A DNA stretch of 64,000 nucleotides from Sphingomonadaceae bacterium (lineage in GTDB: Bacteria; Pseudomonadota; Alphaproteobacteria; Sphingomonadales; Sphingomonadaceae): positions 7,485-71,484 of the forward strand of contig JBAYSX010000014.1 in the NCBI GenBank assembly GCA_041675905.1. The letters run 5' to 3'. Below, piece after piece: positions 1 to 8,257 of the stretch. The notes beneath the pieces are model-generated. The model worked only from the letters and a program-made list of their open reading frames with translations, did not search any database and was not told where the DNA came from. Position 1 is the first letter of the stretch, and every line of letters begins with the position of its first letter. The position numbers and the translations under genes were made by a program.

Positions 1-407
1 ACCACAGGGTGCGAAAGCAGATTGGCGAGAAAACCAAGCCGCAGCACCCCCATCAGCAACAGGATCGCGCCCGAGAGAAAGGCCAGCACAAGCGCCGCCG
101 CAATGAACTCGGCGCTGCCGGGCGCGGCCACACTGCCGGCGGCGGTCAGCGTCATCAGCGAGATCACCGCGACCGGACCCACGGCCAGCGCACGACTGGT
201 GCCGAAGATCGCATAGACAATCAGCGGTGCGATCGAGGCATAAAGTCCGACCTCGGGTGGCAACCCCGCGAGCATCGCATAGGCGAGGCTCTGCGGAATC
301 AGCATGATCGTGACAATCGCCGCCGCCACAAGGTCGCTGGTAAGTGTCGTACGATCATAATCGCGCGCCCACCCCAGTACCGGCAGATAGCGTGTCAGAT
401 CAACCAT
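1..407 (-). CDS. sulP: SulP family sulfate/anion permease, 5' part (runs off the left edge)
   Basis: Not in the ORF track. Manual translation from ATG at 407 gives MVDLTRYLPVLGWARDY...IMLIPQSLAYAMLAGLPPEVGLYASIAPLIVYAIFGTSRALAVGP, the SLC26/SulP signature (PQSLAYA...GLY...FGTSR). Starts 2 nt after the sqr stop. Confidence 0.9.
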   Translation of the reverse strand, partial: MVDLTRYLPVLGWARDYDRTTLTSDLVAAAIVTIMLIPQSLAYAMLAGLPPEVGLYASIAPLIVYAIFGTSRALAVGPVAVISLMTLTAAGSVAAPGSAEFIAAALVLAFLSGAILLLMGVLRLGFLANLLSHPV

Positions 408-408
408 C

Positions 409-1983
409 TCACGCGCCGATCATATGCGGCTTCACCATCCACTCGCGGCCCTTGAGCATACCATGCCAATAGACAGGCGGCAGGATCGTATCCTTGAGCA
501 GCCAGGCCAATCGGCTCGGGCGCGTGCCGTCGATCAGCCAGGTCGGGAAGCTTGGCAACAGCTTGCCGCCATAGCCGAACTCCGCGAGCACGATCTTGCC
601 CCTTTCCACCGTCAGCGGGCAACTCCCATAGCCGTCATAGTCGGCGACAGGAGCCCTGCCCTCCAGCGCGGCAAGCGCGTTCACCGCCACCACGGGCGCC
701 TGTTTCCGCGCGGCGGCCATCGTTTTGGCGTTGGAGGCGGAACAGGCGTCTCCCAGCGCAAACACATTGGGATAGCGCGGGTGACGCAGGGTCGCCTCAT
801 CGACTTCGAGAAATCCGGACGGTGCGGCAAGAGGACTCGAACGCACAAAGTCCGGCGCGCATTGCGGCGGCACCACATGGATCATGTCGAACCGCTCTTC
901 CACGCGGCGGATCTCGTCGCCGCGTTTCTGCTCGAACGTCGCGACCTTCGCCTTGCCGTCGATGGCGACGAGCCTGGACTCGAAATTCAGATGCGCGCCG
1001 TAGCGTTCGACATATTCCATCAGTGCCGGGACATAGGCCGCGACACCGAACAGAACCGCGCCCGCCGAGTGGAACTGAACGTCGATGTTCTTCAGCAGTC
1101 CGGCGCGCTCCCAGGCGCTGCACGAAAGATACATGGATTTCTGCGGCGCGCCGGCACATTTGATCGGCATGGGCGGCTGCGTGAACAGCGCCCGTCCGGA
1201 ATTCAACTCCTGCACGAGTTGCCAGGTATATGGCGCGACGTCATAGCTGTAATTGGATGTGACCCCGTTGCGACCGAGCGTTTCCCGCAACCCCGCAATC
1301 GCGTCCCAGTCGAGCTTGATACCCGGACAGGCGATCAGCACACGGTAGGATATGCTGCGACCGTCGGACAGCAGCACCCTGTTCCCTTCCGGAGCGAAGC
1401 CGCTGGCGGATGCCCTGATCCACTCCGCGCCATCGGGAATCAGCCTTGCTTCCCGCCGGCGGGTAAACTCCGCACCAAAGACGCCGCCGCCAACCATCGT
1501 CCAGCCTGGCTGATAATAATGCACTTCGCCCGGCTCGATGATCGCAATACTGACTTTCCTGTTGCGCTTCAGGATGCTGGCAGCCGTCGCGATGCCGGCG
1601 CTGCCGCCACCGACGATAATGATGTCCCATATCTTCGCGCCTGCTTCCGGCTCCAGCGCACCCGCCATTTCCGCAAGCTTTCTGGAACGCGCGCCGGAGC
1701 GGCAATAGGCAAGAACCGGCGCGGGCAACCGCTCGAGCGCCCGCTTCATTGCTTCGCCATCCCCGGCGCCGATCGCGCCCGGAACTGCCGGAACATGGGC
1801 GAACTTCAACCCGGCGGCGCCTGCGGCAGCGCCGATCTCTGCGGCGGCAGGTTGCCCCGGCTCTTCACCGTCCGGTCGATTGCAGATGATCGACCGGAAA
1901 CCCGCGGCGGCCAGATCCGGAATATCCCGCAAGCCGATCTGGGCGGACGTACTGAGGCGTTCTGTGAGTTTGGTGGTCTGCAT
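409..1983 (-). CDS. sqr: Sulfide:quinone oxidoreductase (type II-like) with N-terminal DUF442/TIGR01244 sulfurtransferase domain
   Basis: N-terminal ~110 aa with IICNRPDGEE and AYCRSGAR (DUF442 active Cys); then FAD-binding GGGSAG, YYQPGW, KCAGAPQK, VFALGDA and YDGYGSCP motifs of SQR. Confidence 0.88.
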   Translation of the reverse strand: MQTTKLTERLSTSAQIGLRDIPDLAAAGFRSIICNRPDGEEPGQPAAAEIGAAAGAAGLKFAHVPAVPGAIGAGDGEAMKRALERLPAPVLAYCRSGARSRKLAEMAGALEPEAGAKIWDIIIVGGGSAGIATAASILKRNRKVSIAIIEPGEVHYYQPGWTMVGGGVFGAEFTRRREARLIPDGAEWIRASASGFAPEGNRVLLSDGRSISYRVLIACPGIKLDWDAIAGLRETLGRNGVTSNYSYDVAPYTWQLVQELNSGRALFTQPPMPIKCAGAPQKSMYLSCSAWERAGLLKNIDVQFHSAGAVLFGVAAYVPALMEYVERYGAHLNFESRLVAIDGKAKVATFEQKRGDEIRRVEERFDMIHVVPPQCAPDFVRSSPLAAPSGFLEVDEATLRHPRYPNVFALGDACSASNAKTMAAARKQAPVVAVNALAALEGRAPVADYDGYGSCPLTVERGKIVLAEFGYGGKLLPSFPTWLIDGTRPSRLAWLLKDTILPPVYWHGMLKGREWMVKPHMIGA

Positions 1984-1986
1984 GGA

Positions 1987-2427
1987 TTACTTTGCCGCCA
2001 TTGTTCGGGCCTGGGCCTGGCGGGGGAAAATGCGCTGGATCGCCATCCCCGCCAACATGGCGAGGACAAAGGGCAGGACGGCCAGAGGCGCGAGCGCGAG
2101 GTCGGCAATGGCCGGGCCGGGACACAGTCCGGCGATACCCCAGCCAATCCCGAAGAGAAGTGCGCCGGTCGCAAGCCTGGCATCGATGTGCCGCGTGCCG
2201 GGAAGTTCGAAACGCGTATCGGCCAAAGGCTTTTTCATCCGGCGCTGGATGGGCCAGGCAAGCGCCATCGGAATCATCGCACCGCCCATCACGAAGCCGA
2301 GCGTCGGATCCCACGCGCCGAACAGGTCGAGGAAGCCCTGGACGCGCATGGGATCAGCCATGCCCGAAAAAGCCAGTCCGACACCGAACAGGGTGCCGGC
2401 CAGCAATGCTGTCAGGATGCGGACCAT
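1987..2427 (-). CDS. YeeE/YedE family sulfur-transport membrane protein
   Basis: From MVRILT: LFGVGLAFSGM...P..VQGFLDLFGAWDPTL, and LFGIGWGIAGLCPGP, typical of YeeE/YedE. Confidence 0.88.
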   Translation of the reverse strand: MVRILTALLAGTLFGVGLAFSGMADPMRVQGFLDLFGAWDPTLGFVMGGAMIPMALAWPIQRRMKKPLADTRFELPGTRHIDARLATGALLFGIGWGIAGLCPGPAIADLALAPLAVLPFVLAMLAGMAIQRIFPRQAQARTMAAK

Positions 2428-2864
2428 AGCAGGCCTCCTGCACGAAGCAGCGCCACCGTCAGAAAACCGGCGGCCATGAACAGCGCCGTCGCCACCATCG
2501 AGCGGGGCGACAGGCGCGAAACACCGCACACTCCATGACCACTGGTGCAGCCCGAACCCAACCGGGTACCGAAGCCGACCAGCAGCCCGCCAATGACCAG
2601 CGGCCAGACGGTATCAGGAAAGCGCATCTCGACCGCGCCGCCGAAGCGGTTAAGCAGGAACGCGCCAAGCGGCAGTCCGAGGATAAAGGCCAAAGCGATT
2701 TCGCGCGGCGCGCCCGTATCGGAAATTCCGGTTGCACGGGCTACAAGGCCACTGACGCCGGCGATCCGACCCAACCCCAGCAACATGATTACCGCGGCAA
2801 AGCCAATGAGCAGCCCGCCCAAAAGCCCCTGAACGGGCATGGCGTGCGGAAAGCCGGGCATCAC
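2412..2864 (-). CDS. YeeE/YedE family sulfur-transport membrane protein
   Basis: GRIAGVSG and GGLLVGFGTRLGSGCTSGHGVCG motifs; start overlaps the pdo stop codon. Confidence 0.9.
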   Translation of the reverse strand: MMPGFPHAMPVQGLLGGLLIGFAAVIMLLGLGRIAGVSGLVARATGISDTGAPREIALAFILGLPLGAFLLNRFGGAVEMRFPDTVWPLVIGGLLVGFGTRLGSGCTSGHGVCGVSRLSPRSMVATALFMAAGFLTVALLRAGGLLWSAS

Positions 2865-3778
2865 AGCGCGTCCAGCGGGATTTTGAGATACCGCGTTCCG
2901 TTCGCCTCGGGCGGCGGCAGATGGCCGGCGCGCATGTTCACCTGCACCGACGGCAGAATCAGGCGCGGCATGGCCAGGGTCTTGTCCCGGGCTTCGCGCA
3001 TCGCGACGAACTCATCCTCGCTGACACCGTCGTGCGCATGAATATTATGTTTGCGCTGTTGTTCGACTGTGGTCTCCCAAACATATTCGGTGCGACCTTC
3101 CGGCAGATAATCATGGCACATGAACAGCCGTGTATCGGAGGGCAGCGACAATATGCGGCGCAACGACCGGAACAGGGTGCGCGCATCGCCGCCAGGGAAG
3201 TCGACGCGCGCCGTGCCATAGTCGGGCATGAACATCGTGTCACCGACAAAGACAACGTCGCCGATTACATAGGCGAGGTCGGCCGGTGTATGCCCCGGCA
3301 CATGCAGGACGGTCACCTCAAGGTTGCCGATGCGGAATTGCTCGCCGTCGGCAAAGAGCCTGTCGAAGTCGGACCCGTCGCGGCGGAATTCCGGCCCCGC
3401 GTTGAACAGGTCGCCGAAGGTCTGTTGAACGGTCAGGATATGCTCGCCGATGGCGATCTGACCGCCGAGTTTTTCCTTGAGATACGGTGCAGCCGACAGG
3501 TGATCGGCGTGGGCGTGCGTTTCAAGCAGCCAGTCGACGGCCAGTTGCCGATCGGCAACATATGCCAGGATCTCATCAGCCGACTCGTATGACGTGCGCC
3601 CCGACGCCGGATCATAATCCAGCACGCTGTCGATAATCGCGGCGCGATAAGTTTCCGGATCGTGGACCACGTAGGAGACGGTGGAGGTCGCCTCGTCGAA
3701 GAACGCCCTGATCACAGGAACACCCTTTTGTGCGGCTTTTATCTGCGCGGTCGCAGAGATGAGAGCAGAATCAGACAT
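2861..3778 (-). CDS. pdo: Persulfide dioxygenase (ETHE1-like metallo-beta-lactamase fold)
   Basis: ETHAHADH, PGHTPA, VGDTMFMPDYGTARVDFPGG, MCHDY, LILPSVQVNMRAG; first gene of the sulfur cluster. Confidence 0.88.
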   Translation of the reverse strand: MSDSALISATAQIKAAQKGVPVIRAFFDEATSTVSYVVHDPETYRAAIIDSVLDYDPASGRTSYESADEILAYVADRQLAVDWLLETHAHADHLSAAPYLKEKLGGQIAIGEHILTVQQTFGDLFNAGPEFRRDGSDFDRLFADGEQFRIGNLEVTVLHVPGHTPADLAYVIGDVVFVGDTMFMPDYGTARVDFPGGDARTLFRSLRRILSLPSDTRLFMCHDYLPEGRTEYVWETTVEQQRKHNIHAHDGVSEDEFVAMREARDKTLAMPRLILPSVQVNMRAGHLPPPEANGTRYLKIPLDAL

Positions 3779-3999
3779 GGTTACACTTCTCTCAATTTCA
3801 TATTTAACGAAACTGATATGCGACGCAGGGCTATTCTGTCAAGGATCATAGGGAACGCAGGCGACACGGCAACGCGAATCTTTCCTTCATCCGGCAAAAC
3901 GCACCCGTCCTGCCGCGCGATCAAGTCTTGTAACGCTGCCCGCTCTCTGTTTCTGTGCATACGCGTCTCAGGCTGAGGCGATATCAGGAGGAGATCGTC

Positions 4000-4542
4000 A
4001 TGAGCCAGGCTACTGATATCCTGAAACATGAACATGATGCCATTTTGTTGGCGCTGAAGATCCTCGAAAAGATTGCCGATGAGGTCAGTGCGGGCAAAAC
4101 AACAGCGGATAATGTCTCGACATTTCTGGATTTGCTGCGGGAGTTTTCCGATACTTGCCACCATGGCAAGGAGGAAGACCTGCTGTTTCCGGCCATGATC
4201 GAGGCCGGCCTGCCGAAAGAAGGCGGTCCGGTATCGGTGATGCTGTCGGAGCACGAAGAGGGCCGGACGCTCATTGCCGCCATGGCTGCGGCGACCAGGC
4301 CGACAATGAAGCCGACGGAATTTTCCCAGGCGGCAACGGCTTATATCGCCCACATGCGTCAACATATCGACAAGGAAAATAATGTCCTGTTTCCGATGGC
4401 GGACCAAATGGTCGACCGGCAAGTACTGGACGGGCTGGTCCCCGCGTTTGATCGCCATGAAGAAGAGGTGATGGGCCATGGCCGCCACGAACAGCTGCAT
4501 GACATGCTCAAGGAGCTGAAGTCGAAGTATCTCGATTCATGA
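4000..4542 (+). CDS. Hemerythrin/HHE cation-binding domain protein
   Basis: AGGAGGAG RBS before ATG 4000; His/Glu pattern LKHEH, CHHGKEEDLLFP, MLSEHEEGR, QHIDKENNVLFP. Confidence 0.85.
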   Translation: MSQATDILKHEHDAILLALKILEKIADEVSAGKTTADNVSTFLDLLREFSDTCHHGKEEDLLFPAMIEAGLPKEGGPVSVMLSEHEEGRTLIAAMAAATRPTMKPTEFSQAATAYIAHMRQHIDKENNVLFPMADQMVDRQVLDGLVPAFDRHEEEVMGHGRHEQLHDMLKELKSKYLDS

Positions 4543-5959
4543 GTTGAGCCGGTACATCGGGCGCGTTCCAGCCGCCGCCGAGCGCCTTGTATAACGCCAC
4601 CAGCTGCACGCTGGTGGCGGTCCGGGCGCGAATTTCGGCGGTTTCCGCCTCGTCCAGCAGCCGTTGTGCGGCCAGCAGCTCGATCAGGGAAATGTCGCCA
4701 GCCTTATGACGTGCCCCTGCATGGGCATAGCTGCGGCGCGTGGCGTCCAAAGCCGTCCCGCGCTGTTCCAGCGTATCGAGACCGGCGCGGTAGTTGCCGA
4801 GAGCCTGTTCGGCATCACCCAGCGCCGCCAGCACCGCCTGTTCATAGGCGAGGGCGGCCCGTCGCCCGGCGGCCTCGCGCGCGCGGATTTCAGCGCGCAC
4901 CCGGCCACCATCGAACAGGCGCCAGGAAATCAGCGGCAGGATGGAATAGCGGGCGCTGGCAGAGTCGAACCAGTCGCCCGTATTCAGCGCCTGAAACCCG
5001 CCGCCCGCGCCGATCGACAGTTTCGGGAACAGTTCCGCCGTGGCGATGCCGATGTCAGCCGTGCTGGCCGCCAGTTGCCGTTCGGCGGCCAGCACATCGG
5101 GCCGTCGACGCAGGATATCGGCACGCTCGCCCACCGGCAGCGTCAGCGGAGCGGGCAGGGCATGCCCGCCATCCAGCAGCGCCAGTTCACGTTCCGGCGG
5201 CGCGCCCAGCAGCAGACCGAGACCAAGGATGGCGGCGCGCTGGCGGGCCTGAATCTCCGGGAGGGCGGCACCGGCCGCGGCCCATTGCGCCCGCGCCGCG
5301 TCCACATCCGCGACCGAGGCATCGCCCGCGGCCTGCCGCTGGCGCATCAGATCAAGCGTGTGTTGCAACGTTGCCAGCCGCGCCTGTTGTGCACGCAATT
5401 CATTGTCCGCGCCCACTGCGGTGAACCAGGTCCGTGCGACCTCGGCAATGATACGCATGCGTATGCCTTGCGCCTCGGCTTCGGTCGCTTGCAGCCGTGC
5501 GCTGGCGGCTTGCACCGCGCGCCGGTTCGCCCCGAAAAGGTCGACCTCCCATGCGGCGTCGAAGCCCGCATCAAAAATGGTCTGGTTGGCGTCAAGTCCC
5601 GGGATGGTCCCGATGGGAAGCGGGCCGTTTTCGCTTTGCCGCCGTCGGTTGACACTGGCGCCCGCGGCAACGACCGGCATCTGGCCACCGGCAACCCGGT
5701 CGCGCACGGCGCGCGCCTCGTCGATACGCGCCGCCGCCTGCTGCAGGTCGAGATTTTGGGCAAGCGCCGTATCGATCAGGCGTCCGAGCACCGCGTCATC
5801 CAGCGCCGACCACCAGCGCGCCAGATCTGTGGCCCCCGTCGAGACCGGTTGTGTCCAGCCCTCCCCGATGGCGACCGGCGGCGGTGTGCGATATTCGGGG
5901 CCGACCGCGCAGGCCGCCAGCAGAAGGCCGCCAAATATCGGCGCGATACCATGCCTCAT
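4508..5959 (-). CDS. NodT/TolC-family efflux outer-membrane lipoprotein
   Basis: Start ATG 5959 overlaps the upstream stop; lipobox LAAC-AVGPEY; WEVDLFG, RRPDVLAAER and LYKALGGGW motifs. Confidence 0.9.
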   Translation of the reverse strand: MRHGIAPIFGGLLLAACAVGPEYRTPPPVAIGEGWTQPVSTGATDLARWWSALDDAVLGRLIDTALAQNLDLQQAAARIDEARAVRDRVAGGQMPVVAAGASVNRRRQSENGPLPIGTIPGLDANQTIFDAGFDAAWEVDLFGANRRAVQAASARLQATEAEAQGIRMRIIAEVARTWFTAVGADNELRAQQARLATLQHTLDLMRQRQAAGDASVADVDAARAQWAAAGAALPEIQARQRAAILGLGLLLGAPPERELALLDGGHALPAPLTLPVGERADILRRRPDVLAAERQLAASTADIGIATAELFPKLSIGAGGGFQALNTGDWFDSASARYSILPLISWRLFDGGRVRAEIRAREAAGRRAALAYEQAVLAALGDAEQALGNYRAGLDTLEQRGTALDATRRSYAHAGARHKAGDISLIELLAAQRLLDEAETAEIRARTATSVQLVALYKALGGGWNAPDVPAQLMNRDTSTSAP

Positions 5960-7074
5960 TGCAGCCGCCCCCGGACGAACAGCGTGGCAATCGTGAGCGT
6001 CGTCAGAGCGATGACTGCCAGAGGCCACAGGCTGGCGAAAACGTCGCCCGGCGGCAGCGCCTTCAGGAAGCTGCCTTGCACGATAATCAGAAAATGTGTG
6101 AGCGGAATGGCCTGGGCCAGCCATTGCAACAGCATGGGCATGTTTTCGACCGGCGTGGCGAAGCCCGACATCAACACCGCCGGAACGCCGAAGGCAAAAG
6201 CCCCGAGAATAGCCTGTTGCTGGGTGGCGCTGACGGCGGAAATCATCAGGCCAATGCCCACGACCGACAGGATGAACAGCAGCAGGCTGATGAACAGCAG
6301 CCAGAAAGAGCCGGTAAACGGAATCTGGAAAAACACCATCGCCGCGGCGATCATCAGCAAGCCGAGCGTGGTGCCGATCGCCAGCGCGGGCAGCGATTTC
6401 GAGATGATGATTTCCGGAACGGAGGCCGGTGAAACCAGCAACTGGTCGAAGGTGGCAAGTTCGCGTTCGCGGGCAATCGACAGGGATGTCAGCAACAGCG
6501 CGCTGAACAGCGCCAGAATCCCGGCAAGGCTCGGAACGATGAACCAGCGATAGGTCAGATTGGGGTTGAACCAGTTGCGGACCGCCACGGGTGAGCCGCC
6601 TTCGGAGATAGCCTCCGCGCCAATGCCGCTGGCAATGGTCGAAAGATAACCGACGGCGATCTGGCCAGAATTGCTGCGTCGCCCATCGACCAGCACCTGC
6701 ACATGGCCCGTGCCGCCGGCTGCAATGGCGCGCGAAAAATCCGCCGGAATATCGAGCGCCGCAATCACCTCGCCCCGGTCGATCAGATCGCGCAATTCCC
6801 CATTGCTGGCAACTGCGTGCACCCGGGCGATGAACCCGGCGCTGCCGAGGCGCGCGACCAGTTCATGCGACCATCTGCCTGAATCCTGGTCATGCACTGC
6901 GATATCGACATTGCGGACTTCGAGGGTGGCGGCAAAAGCAAACACCAGCAATTGCATGAGGGGCGGCACGATCACCACGATACGGCTGCGCGGATCGCGC
7001 AGGATGCTGAGCATTTCCTTGACGATCTGGGCGCGCAGCCGCGCCGTGACGAAGATACCGGATCGCAGCGACAT
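5956..7074 (-). CDS. ABC-2 permease (YbhR-like)
   Basis: KEMLSILRDPRSR, DGRRSNS, NWFNPNL, SIARERELATFDQLLVSP; six-TM ABC-2 layout. Confidence 0.88.
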   Translation of the reverse strand: MSLRSGIFVTARLRAQIVKEMLSILRDPRSRIVVIVPPLMQLLVFAFAATLEVRNVDIAVHDQDSGRWSHELVARLGSAGFIARVHAVASNGELRDLIDRGEVIAALDIPADFSRAIAAGGTGHVQVLVDGRRSNSGQIAVGYLSTIASGIGAEAISEGGSPVAVRNWFNPNLTYRWFIVPSLAGILALFSALLLTSLSIARERELATFDQLLVSPASVPEIIISKSLPALAIGTTLGLLMIAAAMVFFQIPFTGSFWLLFISLLLFILSVVGIGLMISAVSATQQQAILGAFAFGVPAVLMSGFATPVENMPMLLQWLAQAIPLTHFLIIVQGSFLKALPPGDVFASLWPLAVIALTTLTIATLFVRGRLQ

Positions 7075-7078
7075 CGCC

Positions 7079-8257
7079 TCACTCCAGATTCTTGCGCGTG
7101 GCGCGCGTCGCCAGCAGGAACAGCAGCATGCCGATCGCCGCCATGGCCAACAGATCGGGCACGAATATCGCCCGGATATCACCCGCCAGAAAAACCGTCT
7201 TCAGCGACGAGACGAAATAACGCGCCGGCACAACCCAGGTAATGGCCCGGATCGGGGCGGGCATTGCCTCGATCTCGAACAAAAAACCCGACAGCATGAA
7301 TGCCGGCAGGAAACCGGAAAACAGCGCGATCTGCGCTGCCAGAAACTGGTTGCGCGCCAGCGACGAGATCAGCAGCCCCTGGCCCAGCGCGGGCACCATG
7401 AACACCGCCGAAAGCAGCAGCAATGCCAACAGCGAGCCTTGCAGCGGCACGCCGAACAGCAGGATCGCCAATGCCGCCGCCCCCAGCGTCGCAAGCATGC
7501 CAAGCACGAAATAGGGCAAAAGCTTGCCGATCAGGATTTCCACGACGGAGGCGGGGGTGGACAATACGGCCTCCATCGTGCCGCGCTCCCATTCGCGCGC
7601 CACCACCAAAGCCGTGAGCATGGTGCCGATGATGGTCATCACAATGGCGATTGCGCCGGGCACCAGCGCGCGCCGGCTTTCCAGTTCGGCGTTGAACCAG
7701 TAGCGCGGCTCGAGCGCGACGCTGACGGATGGCAACTCCGCGTCCATTCCGGTGCGCCAGCCTTGCACCACGCCCTTCGTATAGTTGGTGACGAAATTGG
7801 CGGTATTGGGTTGCGAGCCGTCGGTGGCGACCTGCACCAGCGCCTTGCCCCCGCGTTCCGCCATGCGCTGTTCGAAATCCTGCGGAACCACCACAAAGCC
7901 GCGCAATGTGCCCGACACCAGCCTGTCGGCTACCTCGCGCCGGTCGTGCGCATAGGTCACATCCAGATAGCGCGTGCCTGAAAAGGCGGCGGCCAGCGCC
8001 TGCGCCGACGCGGATGGCGATTCCACCACCACGCCGATACGTACCTTGCTGACATCCAGCGACACCGCATAGGCAAACAGAAACAGCAGCACCAGCGGCA
8101 GCGCAAAGGCGATCAGCAGCGTGGACGGATCGCGCACGGCCTGCAGGCTTTCCTTGCGCACCAGCGCCAGCAGGCGTTGCGGATCGAAGCGGCGCATGGC
8201 GGCAACCGGGACCCGGCCGACAGGGGGTGAGCCGTTCGCGTCGTTCGCGTCGTTCAT
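7079..8257 (-). CDS. ABC-2 permease (YbhS-like)
   Basis: True start MNDANDAN at 8257 (ATGA overlap); KESLQAVRDPS, WFNAELES, VAREWERGTMEAVLSTP, FMLSGFLFEI. Confidence 0.88.
   Translation of the reverse strand: MNDANDANGSPPVGRVPVAAMRRFDPQRLLALVRKESLQAVRDPSTLLIAFALPLVLLFLFAYAVSLDVSKVRIGVVVESPSASAQALAAAFSGTRYLDVTYAHDRREVADRLVSGTLRGFVVVPQDFEQRMAERGGKALVQVATDGSQPNTANFVTNYTKGVVQGWRTGMDAELPSVSVALEPRYWFNAELESRRALVPGAIAIVMTIIGTMLTALVVAREWERGTMEAVLSTPASVVEILIGKLLPYFVLGMLATLGAAALAILLFGVPLQGSLLALLLLSAVFMVPALGQGLLISSLARNQFLAAQIALFSGFLPAFMLSGFLFEIEAMPAPIRAITWVVPARYFVSSLKTVFLAGDIRAIFVPDLLAMAAIGMLLFLLATRATRKNLE

Noticed and set aside
424-2538. Long antisense ORFs (e.g. 424-2538, 4664-6553, 6671-7981, 8638-10119, 57206-58831)
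   Set aside because: Shadow frames of real genes in high-GC DNA; no motifs or RBS.
8234-8257. Short tandem repeat encoding NDANDAN
   Set aside because: Two to three 9-nt units in a variable N-terminus; not CRISPR or a functional array.
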